Assembly: GCA_016935525.1 (NCBI GenBank)
Contig: JAFGQU010000015.1
Coordinates: 4,162 to 68,161 of the forward strand
Reading direction: 5' to 3'
DNA from: Candidatus Omnitrophota bacterium
GTDB lineage: Bacteria > Omnitrophota > Gorgyraeia > Duberdicusellales > 4484-171
Length of the DNA: 64,000 nt
Position numbers and translations under genes: made by a program
Notes under the pieces: generated by a model
Database searches by the model: none
What the model saw: the letters and a program-made list of their open reading frames with translations, nothing else
Told to the model about the DNA's origin: nothing
Shown here: positions 36,752 through 44,729 of the stretch, one piece after another
Numbering within the stretch: position 1 is the first letter of the stretch
Layout of the letters: each line of letters begins with the position of its first letter

Positions 36752-37636
36752 TTACAACCCTCTCGCTCTGTACACCTTCCAAGCTTTTGGCAAATTCATT
36801 TTTAGTTCGGCATACTCTTTCGGTCTATGTAAGACTTTAAAAAATGCACTTCCGCTTCCGCTCATTGTAAATCCTAAGTTCTTCAGGAGGGCCCTATGTT
36901 TCTGCAATCTTACTGAAGACACAAAGGCGCTCGCTTCTAACGCATTAAACATAACCTGTGACAAAAGCAGTGTATCATTATGTTTCAACGCATGATATAT
37001 AATGTTAGCATTGTCGAGAAACTTTGTCAATTTTACTTTTGTCAGTTCATAGATCTTCCGCGTAGAAAGGCACAGCCGGGGGTATACAATGCAGTAATCC
37101 AGAGCCGCGGGAAATTGTAAAGGAATGACGTTGTCTCCTTTTCCCAAAAGATACGCAAAGGAATGCTGCGAAATAAAGAAGTTCACATCGCTTCCCAGAC
37201 GCGCCCCCAATCGATATAACTCTTTTTGAGTGAGACCTAACGTAAGCAGGCTATTTATACCTAAAAGTGTCGATGCGGCATCGGAAGATCCTCCTCCCAG
37301 GCCCGCGCCCTGAGGAATATGCTTGATAAGATCCAATCGGAATCCACCCTTGATACCGATATGGCCGGTGATGAGGCGGGCGGCTTGCAGACAGAGGTTA
37401 GACTCACTCTCGAGCGACTTATCGTTACAGCGCATATCGAACCCAGGCCGCCTACGATAACTGATCGTAAGCTCATCGGTCAAATCAATACGTTGTACGA
37501 TCGATTCTATACGATGGAATCCGTTTCGGTATTTGCCTAAAATATTCAGGTAAAGGTTGAGTTTTGCCGGAGGACGGACATTAATCGCGCAAGAGCTCCT
37601 CGGCCTTATGCGCAATTGCTTTTGCGGACAGTTCAT
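36752..37636 (-). CDS. ispE: 4-diphosphocytidyl-2-C-methyl-D-erythritol kinase
   Basis: PAKLNL-L, K-IP-GAGLGGGSSDAA, GSDV-FF, MSGSGS. Start uncertain; overlaps the transketolase gene end. Confidence 0.93.
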   Translation of the reverse strand: MNCPQKQLRIRPRSSCAINVRPPAKLNLYLNILGKYRNGFHRIESIVQRIDLTDELTISYRRRPGFDMRCNDKSLESESNLCLQAARLITGHIGIKGGFRLDLIKHIPQGAGLGGGSSDAASTLLGINSLLTLGLTQKELYRLGARLGSDVNFFISQHSFAYLLGKGDNVIPLQFPAALDYCIVYPRLCLSTRKIYELTKVKLTKFLDNANIIYHALKHNDTLLLSQVMFNALEASAFVSSVRLQKHRALLKNLGFTMSGSGSAFFKVLHRPKEYAELKMNLPKAWKVYRARGL

Positions 37637-38519
37637 ACTTCTCCATTAATTCCTGAGGAGAACCCGATTGACCAAAACGGTCATTGACTGCGACACTGGC
37701 TACTTTGACCGGATACACTCCGGAAAGGAATTCACATACCGAAGAGTAAAGCCCTCCCCGGCTTTGATGCTCTTCACATACTATCAGTTTTTTATACCGC
37801 TTAGCGAGAGCAAGGACTAATTCTTCATCAAGCGGTTTTATCGTATGAATATTGGCGACAGCGATATCGATCCCTTTTTCTTTGAGGATCCCCCGGGCAA
37901 GAACCGCTTCATTGACCATGATCCCGCAGGCGATCACCGCCAGATCACCGCCTTCGGAGAGCATATAGCCTTTACCCACTACAAATTCTTTTCTTTGGCT
38001 AAGGGTGGGGATCTTTGAACGGCCTAAACGGATATAAAAAGGACCGGGCGTTTTATACACCGTACGTATCGTATCGCGTGCCTCATGGGCGTCGGCGGGA
38101 ACTATGATCCGGATATGAGGAATAGAACGAAGAAACGCCACATCCTCCAACGCTTGATGAGACGCGCCGTCTTCACCTACGGTAATCCCCCCGTGAGTGG
38201 CTACGATCTTCACATTTAATCGATTATAACAAATGGAATTACGGATCTGATCTAACGGGCGGGCGGTAGCGAACATAGCGAAAGTCGAAGCAAACACTAT
38301 CTTGCCGCAACTGGCCAGCCCGGCGGCGGCGGCCATCATATTCTGTTCGGCGACTCCGAAATTAAAAAACCGGTCGGGAAATTCCCGGGCAAACAACGCC
38401 GTTCTTGTCGAACCGGAAAGATCGGCATCGAGCACGACTATATTGGGATCTTCTTTGCCCAGTTCGACAAGAGTCTGGCCATATACATCCCGGGCATACA
38501 ATTTCTCTTGTTCAGTCAT
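37581..38519 (-). CDS. Transketolase, C-terminal subunit
   Basis: LDADL--ST, GVAEQNM, GEDGASHQ, EEH---GGL. Confidence 0.93.
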   Translation of the reverse strand: MTEQEKLYARDVYGQTLVELGKEDPNIVVLDADLSGSTRTALFAREFPDRFFNFGVAEQNMMAAAAGLASCGKIVFASTFAMFATARPLDQIRNSICYNRLNVKIVATHGGITVGEDGASHQALEDVAFLRSIPHIRIIVPADAHEARDTIRTVYKTPGPFYIRLGRSKIPTLSQRKEFVVGKGYMLSEGGDLAVIACGIMVNEAVLARGILKEKGIDIAVANIHTIKPLDEELVLALAKRYKKLIVCEEHQSRGGLYSSVCEFLSGVYPVKVASVAVNDRFGQSGSPQELMEKYELSAKAIAHKAEELLRD

Positions 38520-38527
38520 GTATTCCT

Positions 38528-39361
38528 TTAATCAATGCTTTGAGAAATATCATACAGTTCTTTCAAGGCGATTTCTTTCTCCCGGGCAGTCGGCGACCGG
38601 CCGTGAAAATCAACCACGTGTTCCATAAATGAGACGCCTTTCCCCTTGACGGTATTGGCAATGATCATCGTCGGTTTTCGTTTTACTTCTTTAGCTTGAT
38701 TGAATGCGCACAGTAACGCTTCGACATCATGTCCGTCACACTCGACGACATGCCAGCCGAACGATTCCCATTTATTCACCAGCGGCTCAAGGTTCATCAC
38801 TTCTTCGACTCTTCCGTCAATCTGGAAACCATTATAATCTATAATCCCGCAGAGATTATCTAAATGGTAGTGAGCTGCGGCCATCGCCGCCTCCCATATG
38901 TTGCCTTCCTGAATCTCTCCGTCACCCATCAGACAATACACCCGATACTCTTTTTTATCTAATTTTCCGGCTAACGCCATCCCTAAAGCGACACTTAACC
39001 CCTGGCCGAGCGAGCCACTGGCAAGTTCTACTCCGCACGCCCGCCGGTCGGGATGACCCTGAAGCAGCGAACCGAATTTACGTAACGTTTTCAGATTATC
39101 TAAAGGGAAATACCCGCATAATGCCAATGTCGCATATAATGCCGGACAACAATGCCCTTTGGACAGATGGAACCGATCTCGATCGGGCCATTGAGTATTC
39201 TTCGGGTCATGGTTCATGATCTCGCAAAAAAGACAGGTAATGATCTCCGTGCTGGAAAGCGAGCCGCCGGGATGCCCGCTGCCGGCAATCGAGAGCATCT
39301 CGATAATCAGTTCCCGTACACGGTTGGATTTCTTCTTAAGCGTCTTAATCTTATTTTCCAT
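38528..39361 (-). CDS. Transketolase, N-terminal subunit
   Basis: GHPGGSLS, DRF-LSKGH, GSLGQG, GDGE-QEG--WEA. Confidence 0.93.
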   Translation of the reverse strand: MENKIKTLKKKSNRVRELIIEMLSIAGSGHPGGSLSSTEIITCLFCEIMNHDPKNTQWPDRDRFHLSKGHCCPALYATLALCGYFPLDNLKTLRKFGSLLQGHPDRRACGVELASGSLGQGLSVALGMALAGKLDKKEYRVYCLMGDGEIQEGNIWEAAMAAAHYHLDNLCGIIDYNGFQIDGRVEEVMNLEPLVNKWESFGWHVVECDGHDVEALLCAFNQAKEVKRKPTMIIANTVKGKGVSFMEHVVDFHGRSPTAREKEIALKELYDISQSID

Positions 39362-40304
39362 ACTTCTCTATTCTTTCCCGCAAGACCGGATCGTCGGGAT
39401 ACAGCGAATGGCCTTTATCGTAGTAATATAACGCTTTCTCTTTCTGGTCCAGGGCAAGATACACATCCCCCAGGTGTTCGTAAATCACCGGCTCCTCCAG
39501 ATACTGGAGCGCATTGAGAAGATATTTCTCGGACTTTTCATACTCGCCTTGTTTAAAATATATCCAACCGAGACTGTCCAGATACGCTCCGTTCTGGGGA
39601 TCGCCTTTCAACGCTTTCTGGACAAGTTTTTCCGCCTCATTCAGTCTCACCCCTTCCTCGGCATAGATATATCCCAGAGAATTCAAACTATCGCGATGGT
39701 CGGGATTTAATTCCAGCGCTTTCTGCCACATACTGATCGCATCCTGACGCTGGCCGTTCTCTTCATGGAGATATCCCAGCCAGAAATATCCTTCGGCATA
39801 ATCCGGTCGCTGCTCTACTATGGCCTTATAGATCCTGATCGCTTCCTGAGGCATTTTTCGATAAAAATAAAATTGGCCGAGATATTCCGATATCTTTATA
39901 TTTTCGGGGCGAAGCTGATGGGCTTTTTCAAGAAAGTACTGGTATTCTTTTTCGAGTTTTGTTTCGTCCTGCTGGCTGGAATAAAGAAAGATAAGGGCGA
40001 CGGAGGCTTCCAGACTATCCGGCATCAATTCTTTTGCCGCCTGCAATTCCTCTTCGGCTTTATCGAATTTTTTTAACTTCAGCAGGACGGAAGCGAGTTT
40101 GAACCGGATATGCCCGCTTTCGGGGTCGATACGTTTAGCCCGCTCTAATTCGCGATAAGCAAGCTCATAATTATCATCTTTAATCGCGAGCAGCCCGCGT
40201 ACATATCGGCTGGCACCTTGAGGATTGATCTCTGCCGATACTTTAGAAACGCTTAAAAAACACAAGCCTACGGCAAGGATAATGAGAATGACCCTATTCT
40301 TCAT
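39351..40304 (-). CDS. Exported tetratricopeptide repeat protein
   Basis: Signal peptide; TPRs including LN-LGY--AE, AYLDSLGW-Y, EHLGDVY. Confidence 0.88.
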   Translation of the reverse strand: MKNRVILIILAVGLCFLSVSKVSAEINPQGASRYVRGLLAIKDDNYELAYRELERAKRIDPESGHIRFKLASVLLKLKKFDKAEEELQAAKELMPDSLEASVALIFLYSSQQDETKLEKEYQYFLEKAHQLRPENIKISEYLGQFYFYRKMPQEAIRIYKAIVEQRPDYAEGYFWLGYLHEENGQRQDAISMWQKALELNPDHRDSLNSLGYIYAEEGVRLNEAEKLVQKALKGDPQNGAYLDSLGWIYFKQGEYEKSEKYLLNALQYLEEPVIYEHLGDVYLALDQKEKALYYYDKGHSLYPDDPVLRERIEKYGK

Positions 40305-40316
40305 TCAAATAGATAA

Positions 40317-40406
40317 TTATTTCTTCTTATGGCGTTGCTGTTTTCTACGTTTTTTAAACCAATGACGTTTTACTTTTGATAACTTACGTTTTCTGCCGCA
40401 AGGCAT
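40317..40406 (-). CDS. Small basic protein, bS22 / AURKAIP1-COX24 (mS38)-like, 29 aa
   Basis: MPCGRKRKLSKVKRHWFKKRRKQQRHKKK* with a GGAGGA RBS; below the ORF-track size cut-off. Confidence 0.75.
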   Translation of the reverse strand: MPCGRKRKLSKVKRHWFKKRRKQQRHKKK

Positions 40407-40415
40407 GGGTTCCTC

Positions 40416-41291
40416 CTAATAGATCAATTTGTTTAAAGGATATTCTATGATCCCTTCGGCTCCGGCCGCTTTTAATTGAGGCAGCATGACTCTTACTTGA
40501 TTTTCATCGATCACGACTTCCAAAGCATACCAGCCTTTAATCGTCAACGAAGAAAGAGTCGGCCGTTTTAACGCCGGGAGCAGACTGAGTATTTTCTTTA
40601 AATTTTTCTCCTGTACGTTCAGTTTCAACCCTACTCTTCCTTTTGCCTCCAATGCTCCTCTTAATAGCAAAAGGACATGCTCCATCTTTTTCTTTTTCCA
40701 GGGATCTTTATTCGCTTTTTTATTAGCGATGAATTTTGTCGTAGAAGTGCATACTACCGCTATTTCCTTTAAATTATTCGCCCGTAACGATTCGCCGGTC
40801 TCGGTAAGTTCGACGATCGCATCGACTAATCCCGATTTTACTTTTACCTCGGTCGCCCCCCAGCTGAATTCGACTTCTACGCGTATGTTACGCTCTTTAA
40901 AAAACCGTTTCGTATACTGGACGAGTTCGGTAGCAATACGTTTACCTTGCAAGTCTTTCAATTGTTTGATCGGACCGCCTTCTTTGACGGCGACAACCCA
41001 GCGTACCGGTTTTAAAGTCTTTTTCGCATAGACCAGATCGGCCAGGCGTATCACATCGGAATTATTCTCTAAGATCCAGTCTTCGCCGGTAATCCCGCAG
41101 TCGATGACCCCTTCGGAAACATAACGGGAAATCTCCTGGGCCCGGACCAATACCGCCTGGACTTCGATGTCGTCTAAAGAAGGAAAATACGAACGGCGGT
41201 TCACCGACACGTTAAATCCGGCCATCTTAAACAATTCAAATGTGGAATCTTGCAGACTCCCTTTAGGTAATCCGATTTTTAGTACTTTCAT
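40416..41291 (-). CDS. hisG: ATP phosphoribosyltransferase (long form)
   Basis: LPKGSL, D-GITG-DW, SWGATE, ETG-SL-AN-L, C-terminal regulatory domain. Confidence 0.96.
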   Translation of the reverse strand: MKVLKIGLPKGSLQDSTFELFKMAGFNVSVNRRSYFPSLDDIEVQAVLVRAQEISRYVSEGVIDCGITGEDWILENNSDVIRLADLVYAKKTLKPVRWVVAVKEGGPIKQLKDLQGKRIATELVQYTKRFFKERNIRVEVEFSWGATEVKVKSGLVDAIVELTETGESLRANNLKEIAVVCTSTTKFIANKKANKDPWKKKKMEHVLLLLRGALEAKGRVGLKLNVQEKNLKKILSLLPALKRPTLSSLTIKGWYALEVVIDENQVRVMLPQLKAAGAEGIIEYPLNKLIY

Positions 41292-41317
41292 GGGATTCTC
41301 CTGGATAAGCTTGTAGA

Positions 41318-41346
41318 ATTATACTGTTTAAATGCCGGTTTGTAAA
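41318..41346 (-). promoter_or_regulatory. sigma70 promoter of the hisG operon
   Basis: TTTACA-N17-TATAAT followed by an AGGAG RBS. Confidence 0.65.
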
Positions 41347-41381
41347 GCAAAATATCATGTATCCCGCTTAACTCTATAGAC

Positions 41382-42500
41382 TTAAAGATCTCCTTGCCGG
41401 GAGATAACCTCTTGGGCCGCCGCCAGCACCTCATCCACCGATATCTGCTCGAGACATTGATGATCATGTTCACAAGGTATAATACGAAAATTCCGGTAAC
41501 AAGGCTGACAGGACAATTGTTTAGAAATCACCTTTACCCTCCCCGCTGATGCAGGATAGGAACCATACACCCTTTCATCCACCGGCCCGGCCAGAGCGAT
41601 AATCGGTTTGTCCAGCGCATCAGCAAACCTTAACGGTCCGGTATTGTTACCGATACACAGAGAACAATGCCGCATCAAAGCGATCATCTCTTCCAAAGAG
41701 ATCTCGCTCAAATCATGGCACCGGTCTTTATAGGAACCGGTCATATTAATAATATGATCTACTTCTCGTTTTTCTTTCGGTCCGGCAAAAAGAAATATTT
41801 CGGCATCAAACCGATCGATAAGCTGTACGGCCAGTCCGGCGAATTTTTCTTTATCCCATCGGCGTATTTTTGCGTCCTTCCCGAACGCTTCTCCGCCGCA
41901 AGGCACCAACCCTATAATCGGTTTACCCGTTAACTGGTTTTGTTCGATAAACTCTTTTGCCCAACCGGATACGCCGGATGAAGTGAACACCGCAAAAGGG
42001 AACGTTTCTGTCTCAACGGGCAATGCACGTAATACATCCAGGTAGTACTCGGCGACATGACGGTCACAAAAACCGGAAAAAGGTATTTTATCGGTTAAGA
42101 ACCGCCCTCTTCCTTTATAATTCAACCCGATCCGCCGGGGAATCCCTATCACCCAAGAAAAAAAACCGAACTGGGAATTGAGCGATAGATCAAGAGCCAC
42201 CTCTATACGTTTTTTCTTGATGTTCTTCAGAAAAGAAAAAGTTTTTTTAAGCCATATACGCGTAGACATTTTACGTACCCGTTCGAATTCATCGCGGTCA
42301 TAAATAAAAAAACCGGAAATCGCGGGATTATTCTTAAGGATCCGGACGGCCCGGGAATTACAGAGATAATAGATATCGCTTTGAGGAAAAGCTTTTTTAA
42401 GATTACTCAGCAGGGGCGTGGAAAAAAGCACATCACCTATCCCAAAAGGGTTGATAACTAAAAAAGATTTATAGAGAGAAATCCGGTTACTTTTTGGCAC
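41382..42500 (-). CDS. Glycosyltransferase family 9 (LPS heptosyltransferase-like)
   Basis: GIGDVL-STP, R-W, GN-TGP---A-AL, C-PC, C---I-V-EV. Confidence 0.9.
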   Translation of the reverse strand: MPKSNRISLYKSFLVINPFGIGDVLFSTPLLSNLKKAFPQSDIYYLCNSRAVRILKNNPAISGFFIYDRDEFERVRKMSTRIWLKKTFSFLKNIKKKRIEVALDLSLNSQFGFFSWVIGIPRRIGLNYKGRGRFLTDKIPFSGFCDRHVAEYYLDVLRALPVETETFPFAVFTSSGVSGWAKEFIEQNQLTGKPIIGLVPCGGEAFGKDAKIRRWDKEKFAGLAVQLIDRFDAEIFLFAGPKEKREVDHIINMTGSYKDRCHDLSEISLEEMIALMRHCSLCIGNNTGPLRFADALDKPIIALAGPVDERVYGSYPASAGRVKVISKQLSCQPCYRNFRIIPCEHDHQCLEQISVDEVLAAAQEVISRQGDL

Positions 42501-42969
42501 GGTTTATTTTGCACTTAAGCAAATCATCGACTTTATCTATAAAATCATTCCGTTTCTGGTTAGCCAAATCGATCTTTCTTTTCACCCCGCCGATATACGC
42601 CAGAGGCTTATCTCTACGGCGGGCCTCGTCTTCTAAATCCCAGATCTCCATATTTTTCCGGCATAGCCCATCAATCGCCGAAGCCAGAGTAGTGACTTTA
42701 CCGATTTTGCCGATATCGCGCGGGTCATTATACAGTTTGATCTTCTCATCCTGCAGAACGATCTTCCCGCTCAAAGCGTGCCCGATGAATATTTCCACTT
42801 CTTTTAATAACGTCTTCTTTTGTTTCCGGAGAACAGCTAATTTCTGGCGCAGTTCTTTTTTAGAAAATTTATTATTTTTATTTTTGAGCATCTTTTTTAT
42901 ATGAAACTCTCTTATCGACTTGATCGTCAGCTTATCTACTAAACTTCCCAGGGTTTCGGCCATACTCAT
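42487..42969 (-). CDS. DUF4254-like protein (apparently circularly permuted)
   Basis: Contains ETLGSLVDKL...KLYNDP and W-LED-AR...KRKID-ANQ-RND motifs; adjacent to a GT9 gene. Confidence 0.7.
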   Translation of the reverse strand: MSMAETLGSLVDKLTIKSIREFHIKKMLKNKNNKFSKKELRQKLAVLRKQKKTLLKEVEIFIGHALSGKIVLQDEKIKLYNDPRDIGKIGKVTTLASAIDGLCRKNMEIWDLEDEARRRDKPLAYIGGVKRKIDLANQKRNDFIDKVDDLLKCKINRAKK

Positions 42970-42985
42970 CCTCCTCTGTTATAAA

Positions 42986-43069
42986 TTATCACTTAGCAAT
43001 TAACAATTAGCATTTAGCAATGAATGATTTCCCATTGCTAATTGATCATTGATAATTGAACATTGCTAA
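42986..43069. repeat. Inverted heptamer-repeat element
   Basis: TTATCAC TTAGCAA TTAACAA TTAGCAT TTAGCAA ... TTGCTAA TTGATCA TTGATAA TTGAACA TTGCTAA. Confidence 0.85.
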
Positions 43070-43070
43070 A

Positions 43071-44459
43071 TTAATATGACGTATACCTTTTAATATCATC
43101 TTCGCCTACATAAGAACCGATCTGGACTTCGATGATCTTAATCATGCGGCGAGTAGGATTATATACTTTATGTTTCTTGCCTTTGGCGACATAAATACTC
43201 TCGTTTTTTTTGACCACGATCTTTTTGCGGCCCAATTGCACCTCGGCTTTGCCTTCAACGACATTCCAATGTTCACTACGATATGCATGGGTCTGTAGAG
43301 AGATGAATTTCCCGGGATATACTCCGATCTCTTTTACTTTGTAATTCTCTTTTTCATGAAGCACGGTATAGTATCCCCAGGGCCGATACACCGTCAGGCT
43401 GTCTTTTACTTGCGGGACTTTTTTCGCCTTAAGGTGCTGGATCAACTTTTTTACTTTATCGGAAAAGCCCTTTTTCATCACCAGTATGGAATCGGAGCTC
43501 TCGACCACAATCAGGTCTTTCACGCCTAAAAGGCTTACCAGTTTATCTCTGGTAAACACAAAACAATCCCGCGCTTCCAGAAATTCCGCGGTTCCGATAC
43601 TGAAATTATTCTTATGTGGAGCAAAAAAATCGAGTACGCTCTCCCAACTTCCCATGTCCGACCACTGGGCCGTAAGCGGGACAAGACAAGCCCTGCGGGT
43701 TTTTTGCATGATCGCATAATCAATAGAATCTTCGGGAACGTTAGAAAACCGGTCACGCAATTCACCAAACGGCAACGCGCAGGTTTTGTACATCGCGGGA
43801 GCATACCGGGCGAGTTCTTCAAAAAACAGCTCTTTGGTAAAACAGAATATCCCGGCATTCCAGTAAGCTTTCCGACGCATGAGTGATCTGATTTTTTTCG
43901 AAGAAGGTTTTTCGATAAACTGCTTTACCGGATAGCCGCCCGCCGCCGGGGAACCCGTAAGCACATAGCCGAACCCCTCCTTGGGTGAGACGGGTTTTAC
44001 TCCGAAAATAGTAATATAGCCTTTTCGAGAGAGTTTCGCAGCCCGATCGACACAACTGGCAAAACGGTTTAAAGGAGTGATGATATGATCGGAAGGAAAT
44101 ACAAAAAAAATGTCGCTGGAGGCGCACTTTTGTGATTGTATTGCCAGCGCGACCGCCGGAGCGGTGCTGCGCGGACAGGGTTCCAGGATAACGTTCTTTT
44201 TCAGTTTCTGTTTGGTCTGCCCGGAGATGTTCTGTAACGATTCGATTTGATTGATGATATGGAACTTGTATTCTAAAGAGGTGACCGTGATGATCTTTTC
44301 CGGATCAAAACACCTCCTCAATCGTTTAATCGTGAGCTGAAAAAGGGATTCTCCGTATATGAGCTCAATAAACTGTTTGGGATAGTTTTCCCGCGAAAGC
44401 GGCCATAACCGGGTCCCCTTACCTCCGGCCAATACTATTGCATACATCGATTTTTTCAT
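43071..44459 (-). CDS. manC: Mannose-1-phosphate guanylyltransferase / mannose-6-phosphate isomerase
   Basis: LAGG-GTRLWPLSR--YPKQF, F-EKP, SIDYA-M, WSD-GSW, cupin RPWG-Y...SLQ-H--RSEHW. Confidence 0.95.
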   Translation of the reverse strand: MKKSMYAIVLAGGKGTRLWPLSRENYPKQFIELIYGESLFQLTIKRLRRCFDPEKIITVTSLEYKFHIINQIESLQNISGQTKQKLKKNVILEPCPRSTAPAVALAIQSQKCASSDIFFVFPSDHIITPLNRFASCVDRAAKLSRKGYITIFGVKPVSPKEGFGYVLTGSPAAGGYPVKQFIEKPSSKKIRSLMRRKAYWNAGIFCFTKELFFEELARYAPAMYKTCALPFGELRDRFSNVPEDSIDYAIMQKTRRACLVPLTAQWSDMGSWESVLDFFAPHKNNFSIGTAEFLEARDCFVFTRDKLVSLLGVKDLIVVESSDSILVMKKGFSDKVKKLIQHLKAKKVPQVKDSLTVYRPWGYYTVLHEKENYKVKEIGVYPGKFISLQTHAYRSEHWNVVEGKAEVQLGRKKIVVKKNESIYVAKGKKHKVYNPTRRMIKIIEVQIGSYVGEDDIKRYTSY

Positions 44460-44468
44460 ACGCTCATC

Positions 44469-44704
44469 AGTTACAATCACCAATAACCAAGATACAGCTT
44501 TTAAACCCTAAATTCTAAACTCTAAATCCTAAGCAAACTCAAAAATGGAGAAAACACAAAGCCTAAAACAAGATATCCATAGGATAGGAAATCAAAAACA
44601 AATGAGCATCTTGAATTTGGGATTTATGATTTAGGGCTTGTTTAGGGCTTAGAACTTTGGATTTAGGATTTATCATTGGTTATTGTATCTTGGAATTTGG
44701 TTAT
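44469..44704. repeat. Nested pair of inverted heptamer-repeat elements
   Basis: Outer arms: AGTTACA ATCACCA ATAACCA AGATACA / TGGTTAT TGTATCT TGGAATT TGGTTAT. Inner arms: AACCCTA AATTCTA AACTCTA AATCCTA / TAGGGCT TAGAACT TTGGATT TAGGATT. Confidence 0.85.
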
Positions 44705-44729
44705 TTATTTTAAAAGATACGTATACTTC

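Noticed and set aside
37560-37636. Possible frameshift at the ispE start (a TAATG overlap gives an out-of-frame ATG)
   Set aside because: The ispE frame stays open upstream with a plausible first strand (AINVRPPAK) and an in-frame ATG at 37636 preceded by GGAG, so no frameshift is needed.
44630-44650. Plant-telomere-like TTTAGGG repeats
   Set aside because: Only two copies, and they are units of the inverted heptamer element, not telomeric DNA or eukaryotic contamination.
42986-44704. Repeat arrays as CRISPR or diversity-generating retroelement components
   Set aside because: No repeat-spacer structure, cas genes, reverse transcriptase or template/variable repeat pair is visible in the window.
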